A DNA stretch of 64,000 nt, taken from Protoeuglena noctilucae. Its lineage: Eukaryota. The stretch is taken from positions 372,001-436,000 of the forward strand of contig OY253674.1 of the NCBI GenBank assembly GCA_958009085.1. The letters are read 5' to 3'. Position numbers and translations under genes: made by a program. Shown in pieces: positions 47,601-60,190 of this stretch. Under the pieces are notes generated by a model. That model saw only the letters and a program-made list of their open reading frames with translations. It had not been told where the DNA came from and made no database searches. Position 1 is the stretch's first letter. Each line of letters begins with the position of its first letter.

Positions 47601-50600
47601 TCCGACAGCAGGTACTTCTCCCTGCGGAACAAGCGCGAACGGAGTCGTTCAAAGCGCCGCAAGGGTGCCTCATGGTCCCCTCATGGTCCCACTCCAGCGA
47701 CCTATTGAGTGCTTCGCACATGCTGTGCGTGTGCTGCGCCATAAAAGGCCCGACTCCGGCTCACGAGGTGTTCTCGAGCTCATGCTTGGTCTCCTCCAGC
47801 TCCTTCTCGAGCTCCTTCTTTGCGGCGTTGAGCTTCCGGATCTCACGGTTGGCCGCCTGCAGCTTGGCCGCCAGGTCCTTGTTGCGCTTCTTGAGCGTCG
47901 CGTTCTCCAGCTGCAGCGCCGTGCGGATCGCATCTGCGGCAATCGAGGAAGTCCGCGAAGGCGTCGTCGACACCCCAGAAGTCGACAGTCAAGCAGTCGC
48001 GCGAGCCGCGATGACGCAACAAACAAGGTGAGGTGTGATCCGCCGCTCCTCCGCACCTTGCTCCTCCCTCTCGCGCGCCAGGATAGCGCCCAGGTTCTGC
48101 GCCGTGTCTTTGATCTCCGCCAGCTGCGCCTGGAGGGTCGCAATCTCTGCGGCCTGCTTGCGGTAGGTCGACTGCAGCTCGGCCACCTCCTCGGTCGCCA
48201 TGTCCAGCTCCAGCCCGGACAGCGCAGCCTCCGTCATCGAGTCCCCGGCAATCGCGGACATGTACTGCGGGTCAGTCGAGGCAGGGTGGCTGAGGATGCG
48301 TCGGGTGACTGCCCTGCCTCGACATGGCCCCCATCCACGCCCCATCCCCAGCCGCCCCAAACCCCTCACCTCCCGGTCCTCTTTGAGCTGCGCCTCGGTC
48401 TCCGCGAGCCTCCGCTCGAGGTCCTGCGCGCGCCACAGGGCCACGCGGCCCAGGCACTCGCTGCGTCGCTGGGCGTCCGCGAACCTGAGCACGCGCTCGC
48501 GCGTCGCACGGTCGTAGCTCTCTTGCGTTACGCGATGCTCCTCCTGCAGCGCCGCCAGCTCCTCTGCCAGCCGGTCCCGGTCCGCCGTCACGTCCCGCAG
48601 CTGCCCCTCGAATGTCTTCAGATTGTCCTCCAGCCGCTGCCTGTGCGCCGTCTCCACATTCAGCTTCACTTGGGTCGAGCTCAGGTGACTCTCGGCGGCC
48701 TCGCGAGCCGAGCGGAGGATCTGCGGGGGCAATCAAGTGACACGGGGGTACGTGGACGCATGGGCGCGAAGCGGGTGGGGTTCACAGCACCGTGTGTTCG
48801 CCTGCTTGCCTGGTACTGTGCCATGATGCGCCCTGACTCCTGCTTGTTCTGCCACATGTCCTGCTCCAGGTCGTATATCCGCTTCTGCAAGTGCAGATGC
48901 CTCGAGGTGAGCAAGGGGCTCAGCAAGGGGCTGCGCACACTGTGCCCCTGCCCACGGCGGCACCGGCCCCATATCACGCAGACCTACTGCGCTCAGAGTC
49001 AACAGCCCCGCTCGCATTTTCCAGCCCTCACCTCCAGCACGATGACCTCGACGCGCTTGTTGTGGAGCTCCCGATACGCCCAGCTGATGCCCTCCCGGAC
49101 CTTCCAGCTCGTGATGTTGCGCATCTTGACCAGGTCCTCGTCTGCAGGCGGGCAATGAAGATAATAGAGGACGAGAGAAGATGGAAGTTTGCTGTGCCAT
49201 ACTAACCTGAACTGGGACCCGGCACACACACATGCGCTGTTGGCATGCGATGCGGTGATGTCGATGCGTCGCAGAGGGATGCAGGCAGCTCGTGCCGCAT
49301 GGCTGGATGCAGCGACTGCGTCGAGCGACCTCACCAGAGACGGGTGTCATGGGGACTGCTTTCTCCAGCGCTGCCTGGTACTTGTGGGCCACCTCCAAAT
49401 GCTGTGCAGCCTCTTTCCGGAAACGCTCCGTCTGCATCGCGAGCGTAGAATTGCCGCAATTCAGTTGATGGTTCCCTTCCCCCGCTACCGACCACTCACG
49501 ACCCACGCGGCCCTTCCTCACGCCACCCGGCGTGCATGGCGCGTGTCGCATAGCAGTGGTCCCACCCCTCCTGACCCTCACTTCGGCGATGCTCTCTTCC
49601 AGCTCCTTTGCCAGCCACTCGATCTCCGCCTTCCGCGCCGCGAGCTCCTCCTTCAAGTCCATCCGCTGACGGCGCACGGCGGCCTTGACCGTCTCTGAGA
49701 ACGCCTCCGCCCGGGACAAGAGCTGGGTGACGCGAGTGCCCAGGCGGGGCGCCTCGCCGTCCCCGCAAGACTCCGCGCTCGCGCCGCCGCCCTCCCCGGC
49801 GGCCCCCTGAGCGATCCCAGCCACCACCGCCGCAAACCGGCCCTTGGCTGGCGCCCCCCCGGCTGCCTCCGCCGTCCCAGGCTGCTCCTGGAAGGCTCCA
49901 GCGTTTTGTAGACCTCTGGGAGTGACGTGGGACGAGTCGGCGTGCGAGAGGGCGCGCTCCATGGTCAGGATGCGCTCCTTGGCGCCTGACAGCGAGTCGT
50001 GCAGCTCCCTGACGCGGTCAGACATGGCAGCTGCGGGCGAGGAGAGACGACATCGCCGTAAAGGACCGCGAGAGCGGGCGGGGCGACTGCTGCGTCGGCA
50101 TCTGTTGAGCAAGGACCCTCAGCCAAAGCTGGAAGCCGCCTCTGCCATCCGGGCGCCCCTCACCCCTCTCGGCGCCCAGTGCCTCCACCTCGCTCCGTAG
50201 CTCGTCGGCAATCTGTCCCGTCTCGATCAGCAGGTTGCGCTGCTGCACGTTGTCACCCTCCAAACCCCTCATCTGCACCTCCAGCCGCTCCATCTGAAGA
50301 CGCGCTGCCGACTCCCTGCATGTCGAGAGACCGAGGCGTCTCAGAGGTGTCGCGCGACATCTAGCAATGCAGCTTGTGGCTGCGGCAAGTCTAAAACCCG
50401 GCGGGCCCCAGCAGTGCAGTCCCGCACCCTCAAAGTCCGGTGCCCTCCCGGCTAGCACACCACGCGTACCTCCCCATGCCCCTGCCAGTACCGCGCCCCT
50501 CACCGTTCCAAGGCCCCCCTGGTCTTCTCCTCAGCGCTCTTGAGCTTCTCCAGCAGCGCCTGCTCCCTCTGAGCCCTCTCCTCCTGGTCGTCTCTGTGCT

Positions 50601-53237
50601 GCACCCGCAACTCCTCCATCGCACGACGGAGGGCCTGCGTGACACCAGGTGGTGGGCCTCAGCTCCTCATGTCAGCGCCGCCAGCCAGGGATATGCCGAA
50701 GACGGCACATGTAGCTGTTATCCACTCAACACCACGCGCTGGGCAGCTGTGCTGGTCATGCAGTGGCGCTGAACGAACGCACCAGGTTCTCCTGGATGAT
50801 GTCCCTGGCAGTGCGAGGGTCGTAGATCCTCCTCTCGGCACGTAAAGCATCGAGAAGGCCCTGGGCCTCCTGAAGCTGAGCTGACTTGTCTTGCCGAGTG
50901 GCCGTCTCTCTTGCGAGGTTCTCTCGGACAGACCCCAGCTCCGCACTGCGACGGAGTGCGACAGGTTGGCGCGGTGAGCGCGTCAGGGGCAGTGAGAGCG
51001 GTGAAGCAGGGCGAGGGGAGTTGCCATGGCGCCGTGGGAGTAAAGTGGGAACGGCTGGAGAGTCTGTCGACTTGCGATGGCTACCAGCACGGTATTGGAT
51101 CTTGCAAGGGTGCATGCTGGCGCATCCACTGCCGCACACGCATGCGCCTCGCACGTCCTCAGACCCACCTGAGCGCCTCGATGCGGCCCTGCATCGCCCG
51201 TGCCGCCGCGTCTGCCTCCTCCCTCATCCTCCGCGTCTCTGCGTTGCGCTCTCGCTGCAGCTCCACCTCCCGCTCGTTGGCCAGGTCCAGCGCCCCACGC
51301 AGCTGCTTGACCTTGGCCATCATCGTTACGAGCGAATGCATGTCCATGCCCTTCGCGTCCGCACCCCACGTCTCCGGGCCACGAGCCCCGGGCTCCGGCC
51401 CCGCAGCAGTCGATGCCCCGCCATAGGCCCGAGCGCCGGCGGGGTCCGAGGGGGAGCGTGGCCGGGACAACGGCGGGGAATGCGAGGGGATCGACAGCGG
51501 GGTGTCATCCGAAAGAGCCTGGGAGCCACCCAGGACAGCCGAGGACTTGCCGGGGCCGTGGTTGGCTCGGCCCGGGCTGTCCCTCGCTGGGTGGGTGCGG
51601 CCCGCCACGTCACGCGAGGCCGACTTGGGCCTGGGCCGCGTGGCGAGGTCATGAGACGCCGACAGGGGCCGAGCCCGGGCGCCGGCAATGTCATGAGAGG
51701 CAGACTGGGGCCGGGGTCGGGCGCTCGCGACGTCGTGAGATGCCGACTTGGGCCGGGGCATCAGCGCAGAGGACGGCTCTCGATGCGGCGACCTCGATTT
51801 CGTCTTCGTCTCGTCACCGGCAACGTCCCCGTCGCCGCGCACGCCGGCATTCTTCGGCGGGGGCGCCTGAAGATGTCGCGAAGGACCCCGGCGAGCCTTG
51901 CCTCCAGCCTGCCTGGCAGCCCCGGCATCAGCGGGCCCTCCCCAGTCACCGGCACCGCTGACCGACGCCTCAGACACGCTGGGCAGGGACGGGCCCGCGT
52001 GGGCCCGCGTGCCATGAACCCCGTGCATCGACGATGTAGACGCTCTCGGATGTAGCAGGCCTGGCTCGTCAGGACCTGCTGGAGGCTCCTCGTAAGGCAG
52101 GGGCTGAGCAGAGGCACTCTTCCCGGTCTCTCGCGGGACCTCCGAGGGCAAGACTGGCACTGGTGGGACGGTACTTGATGCTGTGGGGTCGGGATTGACA
52201 GCGGCCCGGCTTGGCCCCGCGGCCGCACCGTCCGGACCGTCACCCCCACGATGCTTCGCCGGGAGGTTGGAAGCACGCCCTTCTGGGCCCTCGCCGTCCG
52301 GCCTTTGCGCCACTGGCGCATGCACCGGCTCATTCAGCACCGTGTAAGGCCCGACCGCGAGGGCCGCGGCGCTTGGTTTGACTGGCGACGCGGACCCACG
52401 CCGGCGGTACGTGGGAGACTGCGACGGGGGAAGAGGCGAAAGGGAGGTGACGCCCGGCATGACATGGCAACTAGCGGCACAGTCACCAGGCAGCTACGCG
52501 GCAGCACTTTCTCACCACGCGTCCATCCTCCACCGCGTTCATCGCGTCCGGGTCATCGGCGGGTGCTTGCGGCCCCGTGGGAATGCTGGGGATGGCGCTG
52601 CGACCCGACGTGGACGCGATGGGGGGTGAGCTTGGGACGGGGCGTTGCAGGGACCTGCGGGTGCGGCATGCCAAGGGGCGGTAAAACTTCCGTCCCTCCC
52701 CAGCTCCTGCTGGACGCAACCTGCGTGCGACCCCAAGCACACTCACCCTCCTTGCTGGCGGGAGAGTGCCCTGCTGGGCGCTGCTCCCGGCACTTCGCTG
52801 CTGTACACACGGGCCAGCTGCTTGTCCCGCGCGGAGATTGGCCTGCCACGTGGGTGGGTCCGCGCCGAGGGACCTGCCGCAGCCCTGCCCTGGGCAGCCT
52901 CGCGTCGCGAAGCTGCGTCCGGACCCTCCTCGGCCCCGCTCACTTCGTAGGCGCTCTCGGCGAAGATGGCGCCGGCGCGCAGGGCCTCTCGCATCTGCGG
53001 CGTTGAGGCAGCTACATCTAGCCCCAGCGCCGAGCTGCGCAGCAGTTGTGCGGGGAGTCCGGCAAAGGTTTCCCGCACCTGCATATCAATTGCGGCGTCC
53101 GTGAGGGAGGCCAGGCCCTGTCCGGTCGCCTCGGCGCCATGCTTCGGAGCGAGGAGGCTTGCTCCCTGCCGTGCTCCGACGGGCCGAGCGCTGCGCGGCC
53201 GGTTGCGGCTCTCGGGGGTCTTGGAGTCCGTCGGCAT
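44654..53237 (-). CDS. Very large coiled-coil protein with RPxSA-rich disordered termini (possibly centriole/basal-body or flagellar; may be more than one gene)
   Basis: Roughly 18 in-phase exons of E/K/R/Q-rich heptads (e.g. KVKQLRGALDLANEREVELQRE; LQLENATLKKRNKDLAAKLQAANREIRKL; LLKLEEQLFETEMQHK). It ends ...RPASARVTQVP*. Confidence 0.7.
51601..51761 (-). repeat. Coding tandem repeat, 4 units of about 39-42 nt (RPxSASxDxA)
   Basis: PRPKSASHDVASA-RPRPQSASHDIAGA-RARPLSASHDLAT-RPRPKSASRDVAG. Confidence 0.85.
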
Positions 53238-53631
53238 TCCTCTACTGCGCTCCCAGCTTCAGCCACGCCGCAGGGGGCCAGTTAGGGCGCAAGCACATGC
53301 GACATTTCCCCGCTGGACCGTCGAGTCGCCAGGCAGGCCACCCGACCACCGGGAAGCGACTCACACTAAATGCTTTCCCCCACGCCGGCCGTCACCGCTC
53401 GATAGGCCTTTGGATCGGCCAGTCGGACAAGCCAGAAACAGAGCTCGACCGACATCGCTGCGACGCCACGCGGGCAGCGTTCACTTGTAACGTTCGACCC
53501 GAGGCCACGCGCCGCTGATCCACGAGCGCGGCCGGGTCATCGGTCTCGGCCCTGCGGCCGGAAGCGCGCGCGCGCTGGCGGCGAAGCGTCCTTCATATGC
53601 CCTTTCGACGATAGGCGACACGGCTTAGGAG

Positions 53632-55520
53632 ATGGCGGTGCCGGGGACCGAGAAGGAGAGGAGGGAGGAGATTGAGCGGGTACAGGAGCTCTTGGACCAG
53701 AATGCCCGCATGGAGGTGGAGCTGAGGGCGCGGGACGACTGCCCGAAGGTGGGCGCCGGCCCCCCGTTGGGCGCCGTGTGAGCGTCGCAAACGGCCTCGC
53801 CGCTTGAACCGCAGCGCGAGGGCGGGGGAGAGCACGCCGCCCGTGCCTGAGCATCGCACATTCCGGGATCTTTCGTTGGGGGCCGAGGCGGAGCGCGTTG
53901 GGAGCCCGCGCCCGCAGAAAGACTGGCTCCAGCCCTGTGCGAGCACCAGCGATTTCGACGTGGGCTGCGTCTTGGGGACGGGCACCTACGGCCTCGTCAA
54001 CTTTGCGATACACAAGCGCACCAAGACTGCGGTCGCCATTAAATCCATCAGCAAGACCAAGACGCTGGCCGGCCACCAGGTGCGGGCCCGCCCCGCGAGC
54101 CAGCGCCGCCCCGGCCCGTTACAGGGAGAGATCGGAGTGGATGAGACGTTTGCAAGTCGATGAGCGTGCACAATCGCCCGTCGCCGCGCCCTCGCGTGGC
54201 GGGGGGAAGGGCGCGTGCACGGCCGGGTCACGGCCGGGTATCCCGGGCCGCCCGCCGCATCTTCCGGCGAGTTGTGATCGCCCCCTCCTCCTCACGCTTC
54301 GCAGGTCCCACACGTGCTGGCGGAGAGGAGCATCCTGTCGGTCCTTGAGTCGCCCTTCATCGTGAACCTGCGGGGATCTTTCCAGGACACGAACATGGTG
54401 TACATGGTCATGGATTTCGTGCCTGGAGGGGAACTCTTCACGCTGCTGCAGGTGCTGCGCCGCAGCGCTGCAGATCGCATCCACCGCATCGGGGGCCACC
54501 ACCGAACTGAACCGAACAGTCCGCCCCTCCGCGTGCCCAGGCGAACCGGCGGTTCCCGGAGGCCGCCGCGCGCTTCTACGCAGCGGAGGTGGTCGCAGCT
54601 CTCGAGTATCTGCACGGGCGGGACGTGGCGTACCGAGACCTGAAGCCCGAAAACATCCTTATCGACAGCACGGGGCACATCCGGCTCACGGACTTTGGGT
54701 TCGCCAAGGTCGTGCCCAACGACTGGCGCACCTTCACCCTCTGCGGCACGCCCGACTACTCGGCCCCCGAGGTGAGGGGCGGCTGCATGGCGGCAACGGG
54801 TGCCCCGCCTTGCGATCAGCGAGCGCGCCGTGCCCGCCTTCTATGCAGGTCATCCTCAACAAGGGTCACGGCAAAGCCGTCGACTGGTGGGCGCTTGGCG
54901 TGCTGTTGTTCGAAATGATAGCCGGCATCCCACCCTTCTTCCACGACGACCTGAGCCAATGCTACAAGCGAATCCTCTCAGGGCAGTTGAACTTCCCCAG
55001 CGGGGTGTTCAGGTGCGGAGGGCGAAGTGCTGTGCGTGCTGGCCCAGCCGTGAGCGCCACTGGGGGCTCGTGGTCGCACTGACACGCGCCCTCGTGCCCC
55101 ACGCGCAGTCCGCAAGCGCAGGACCTCATAACAGGGCTGCTGCAGCAGGACCTGTCACGGCGACTGGGCAACCAGCACAACGGCATCGAGGGAGTCAAGA
55201 CGCACCCTTTCTTTGCGGGAATTGATTGGGTACAGCTGCGCACTTGCAAGTACAAGCCACCCCACATCCCAGAGTGAGTGGGGGCCGCTGGCCGACGCGG
55301 TGACGTGCATGTTGCCATGCACATCACCTCCGCCCGGGCTGCGCGCTGCGCGGCGTCTGCGTGCTTAGCGGCTTGTGCTGCGCCGGACCCCACCCCCAGG
55401 GTGCGCAACATGGCAGACACGGGTTGTTTCGAGGACTACTCCAACGTCGACACTGCGGAGCACTACAAGCAAGCCTACGAGCTCTTGGCAGAGGAGCAGG
55501 CCCTTTTCAAGGACTTTTAG
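53632..55520 (+). CDS. cAMP-dependent protein kinase catalytic subunit-like (PKA-C/PRKX type AGC kinase)
   Basis: [83 protein letters not shown] and terminal FKDF* (FxxF). Confidence 0.92.
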
Positions 55521-56045
55521 AGCAGGAGTAGCGCTTCCACGCGCCAAGCAGTTCGGGTCATGACGGCGCTCTCTACCCTGCATGGCTCAAGTCCCGACTG
55601 CACCTGCTCGCCTCCGTTTCTATTGCGTGCTCCGTCTTGCCCGTTCACTCCGTCCTTTACCCCCAGCGCTTCGCAGCACGCGCAGCTGATGGGCACCGCC
55701 GTTCGTGGCTTTGGGCTGGGCTGGCCGCTGGGACACGGCGAGCGAGTCCCGCCAATAGAACAACCCTTTTCGTATCTTTTGCGGGACATGACTAGCGTTC
55801 CGGCATTCAAAAAGAGTCGGGGACGAAAGGGGCAATGGTGGAAACGTGACAGGGCGGAACCTATGCCCTACCCCCCGAGCCATGGTTTGTGCTTAATGCC
55901 CATGCCTGGCCCCGCATCGACAATCTTACATGGTGTGGACCCACACGAGCCCACCAGGGTCGCCACTGACCCCAAGCGCCTACGCAAGGCGTCGCATGGG
56001 CCAGGGCGCCGGCGCTGCAGGGCGGTGGCACGGCGGGGCGCCCGC

Positions 56046-57744
56046 TCAGTCCCGGTGAGGGGAGCGGCTGCGGCTGCGGCGCGCGGGAGCCTCGCCGTCC
56101 CCGTCCCCGGGGCCCTCGTCAGCGCTGGCACGGTGCGCGAAGTCCGGAGACCGGCCGCGCTCCGCCTCGGCCTCGTGGCCGTCCGCGTCGTCACTCTGGC
56201 CCTGTGCAAGGAAGTGCTGCTCGCTGTTGTGCCCCGCCTGGCCCCCGGCCCCATGCCCATGCGCGTTCTCATGGCCCCCATGGTCGCCGCCGTGCAGCTG
56301 CGTCTCGTGCGGCGGCGCCGACTGACCTGCGCTCGTCGGGCCGGGCGGCGGCGGCGGGAACTGGCCAGCGCCGCTGCCGGCCATGGGCCCTGTGCGAGAG
56401 GCAAGGCGCGGGCGTCACAGCCGACCCAGACGGGCATCAGCCATAGCGTGGCCCGCCACAGCCCCAGCGCATCGACTCGGCAGCCACTCCGCCGCCACGC
56501 CACTCACCCATGTTGTCCTCCTCCCGAATCTCGTGCCTGTACTGGCACCGGTCGCCGTACGTGCAGTGGCCCTGGCGGAACTGGATGCAGACGGGGGCGT
56601 CCTCGCGGGCGCCGCTGCCGAAGGCTGCGCAGGCAGAAACGAAGCGGCGTGGTTGAACGCCGACAGCAAGCAGCGCGTCTGGGGGCCCCCGACGCCGCGC
56701 TCATCGCCCCAACCCTGGCCAAGCACGGCCCTCACCCGCCGGCGCATCCTCGTGCTTGTACTTGCACCGCGCTCCGTACGTGCAGTTGCCCTGGCGGAAC
56801 TGGATGCAGATGGGCGTCCCATCGTCCGCGACGGCACCCTTGGGCCGCATGCCCATGCCGCCTGGGGCGCCCTCGTGCCGGTACTTGCACCTATCGCCGT
56901 AAGTGCAATGACCGCGGCGGTATTGCATGCAGACGGGGATCCCGTCGTCTAGGTTCGGATCCCCCGCCCAGGCCCCCGACTTGCGCGCCCCGTCCTGCGA
57001 GCACAGCGTGGGGAGAGTGTGTAATAAGCCCGGCCAGCCTCGTGCCTCGCGATCCTGGATGCCCGACCAAACTTGCAAAGCACGGTGTCGACATGAGCTA
57101 CGCGGGGGCAGATCGCCCGAACGCAGCCGGGGGCGGCCGCGCGGGACCATGGCCCGTCCCCGCTGCCCAGGCCGTGCCAGCAAGCGCACGCCGGCGCTCC
57201 GGGGGACCGCGGCGACGGGTGGGTTCGCCGCGACACGAGAAAGGCTATTAGCAGATGGGGGCACGCGAGGAAAGGCCCGGCTCCTCCGGGGGAGCCTCAA
57301 CCGCACCTGGTCCCCGTAGTGCGCCCCATAGCCCGCGCCGTACGCGCCGTACGCGCCGTAGCCTCCGTATGCACCGTAGTAGTCGCCATAGTTCATGTAG
57401 GGGTTGTATCCGTAGTTTCCGTACGCTGCGGGGGCACGAGGTGGGCGGCAACCGCATGACGCTAAGGCACCCGCCGCGCGCGGGGCCCCGCCCGGCGCTG
57501 CCCGCGGTCGCTAGGCGCGGCAAAGCTCCCGTGAACGACGATCTCCGTCCGGGGGTTGGAAAAGAGCGGGTGCCGGGGCTAGGCTCGGTTCGAAGACCCG
57601 GCTGGAGTGACAGCGCAGATTCGGGCGGCCAGGGCGACGGAGGGCCCCAGTGCACGCACCTGACGCTCCATAGCCGCCATAAGATGCCTGGTCCCCACCC
57701 GACGGGGGCATGCCTGGCTGGTTGCGCGTGTCACGCCCGTCCAT
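56046..57744 (-). CDS. Triple CCCH zinc-finger RNA-binding protein with YG-rich N-terminus and RS tail
   Basis: Three C-x7-C-x5-C-x3-H fingers (CMQYRRGHCTYGDRCKYRH; CIQFRQGNCTYGARCKYKH; CIQFRQGHCTYGDRCQYRH), plus YGAYGGYGAYGAYG and a terminal RRSRSRSPHRD*. Confidence 0.85.
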
Positions 57745-57984
57745 CCTGCTCGGCGACGCTGCGCGCGGAGCGAGACGAGCCACCCCAGCGACGCGTCGAC
57801 TAAGGGATGTGACGGAGGGAGCCGGGGAAAGGGGCAGAAGAGTGCCCCGGGGGACGAGAGGCGGCCCGTCAGGCGGCCCCCGAGTCAGGCGAGCGATCCC
57901 GCGACTAGGCGTCGTGGCGCTCCATCGCCGCATCGCCCATAACCGTGGATTCAATTTGCTCAGCAAGGGCGCTTCCGCGACGGG

Positions 57985-59771
57985 CTAACTCTGGTTCCAG
58001 CTCAAGAAGGCCAGATCGCCGACCTTCCGGGGGTGGACGTTCACGAGCGTGAAGAAAACGATGGAGCAGAGGACGGATAAGCACCCGACGACCAGGCAGA
58101 TGATGCCCACTGCGGACGGGGACGAAGCCGAAGCGTCACGTCTGCGCCCCGCACCCCGCGCTCTCGCTGCGCTGTTCCTCGCAATCCCGGACCTGTGTCG
58201 TTCGCCCCGCCCATCCAGCTCGACGTCGAGAGGACGATGGACTTCTCGCCGTTGAAGCGGTACGTGTTGTACTTGTTCTCGATAAACACCGTCACTTGGT
58301 CCCCCTTCTGCGCCGCGGAAGGGAGCCCAGTCGCATGGGGCGCGGGAGGCGAGACAGCGCGCTGAAGGTCTCTCAAATATCCGACGCGGCACCTGAAAGT
58401 CGGTGTTGATGATGGCCCAGAGCTTGCGGAAGCGCGGCGTCGTGGCCGTCCGCATCCACACCATCAGGTGCTCGTTCTGGTTGAGCTGCCCGGTGATGGA
58501 CTCTCCGCCACGCAGAGCGGGCACTGCGACAGCCAAGGGCGGGGCAAGGGTCGGGCGACGTCACAGCTCGGCAGGCGCGGGACGAGCCCAGTGGGTGCCG
58601 GCGCACCGATGTTGGAGTTGCCGGTGATGTCGCTGTAGCGCTTGTCCTTATCGCTGGGCCACGCAATCCCGGAGGACGTCAGCGTCGGGCTCGTGAGCTC
58701 CTGGCTCGCGTCGATCTGCGGGCCAGACAGACCACACGCTCATGTTCTCGTTCCGCCATGTGCCCTGAGACCGCCCAGGCTGGCATATCCCCAGGCCCAC
58801 CTGCGAGCCCTTGTACACTCTGTACGTGTCGTTGAACATGGACCAGGCGATGAGTCCGCACGGCACGATGAGCTGGCCGCGGTCTTCGGCAGGGACGTCG
58901 CTGAGGTCCGGGTAGTCGAGCTGCAGACAGGTGCAGACGGGCCTAGGGGTCAAGGATGCAGGTCAGGCACGCTCCGCCGTGGCGCCATGCTTTTGTCGCG
59001 GAGTGGGTCACGGCAGCGCACCTCGGGCTTGCAGTCCTTGAGCGTCTTGGTGGTGATGCCCACCCCACGCATCTGGGGGTCCGAGCGAGAGGAGACGTAG
59101 CGGCGGTGGTTCTGGTACATGCCCTTGATCTCATAGTACATGAACACCGGGTGCTCCATCTTGGAGGGCGCAGTGAGCGTCACGTTGCAGGTGACTGCGG
59201 GGGCCAGACGGGAATTGCAAGGTGGCCAGACAGCGAAGGGCCGTCCCGACCCTCCCAAGTGGGCCCCGTGGGAAGCCCGCCCCCCCTGAAACGGGAACAG
59301 AGCGTCGCTCACCCCCGTTGCCCCCTTGATCCATGAGCGTCTGCTCCCGCGCAGCGGACGTGGTCCCAGAAATGCAGTCGGCGTCGTACCGCTGCGACAC
59401 CTCCACGACGCTGCGGGTGGCGCTCAGGGACGCGGCCCCGAGCGGAATGAAGATGACGCCGAGCAACATGAAGATCCCTACCGCCCAGGCCGGCGTGAGC
59501 ACCGGCCTGCAGGCCCACATTTCCTGCTGCGTGAACGTCGAGTACCTCTGCGGGCAGCCGGGGCGCCGCATCACGGCCTCCCGCAGCCTGGCCCCGGTGC
59601 AGACGCGTGTCCCGACGCGGCATTTTCAGAAGCGGGGGCGGTCAAGCCGGCGCCTGCGCGCGGCTGAGCCCGAATGCGTTGCACGAGCCTCACCGGCATT
59701 TTGGAGCCGGGCGTGGTCCCCCGCGCCTGTGACGCGACCGAGGGGGCGTCCCCCCCATCCTCCGCCTGCAT
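57985..59771 (-). CDS. ALIS: CDC50/LEM3-family P4-ATPase (flippase) beta subunit (ALA-interacting subunit)
   Basis: YSTFTQQEMWACRPVLTP, PVFMYYEIKGMYQNHRRYVSSRSDPQM, IVPCGLIAWSMFNDTY, GIAWPSD, NEHLMVWMRTATTPRFRKLW, STSSWMGGAN, PRKVGDLAFLSWN. Confidence 0.96.
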
Positions 59772-60190
59772 CGCTCAACCTCGGCGCTCCGGCCGGGTGC
59801 TGGCCTGCAAAATGCGCACGCTCGTGCTGCCACCCCTCTCCCCGCAGAATCCCCCCCCGGTTCCACGGATCCGCCAGCTGATGGCTCTCCGGGACGAAAC
59901 TATCTCTAGCAGAAGGGGACAGTTAGCTTAGCAGCGTCTCAAATTTCGCAAAGGCACTGAGTGGGGGCAAGCCTCGCGCAGGAGCTACAGTGGGAGCGAG
60001 GTCACGACACGACTGTCCTCTATAAGCATCAACCGTCTTGCTCTGAGGGCATTCGAACGTCGGACATTGCCAGATGCCAGAGATGGCAGTGCTGTGCGCA
60101 TGCCTCAGGGCCCAGATTCCCGATCTTCCCGCGGCATCGCGTGGCTGAGACCACATCGCTGCTCCTTTGGCTTGACGGGCGTCTCGCACG

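Noticed and set aside
57580..57610. GGTTCGAA T-loop-like word (also GTTCGA near 53492)
   Set aside because: No cloverleaf can be formed around either site.
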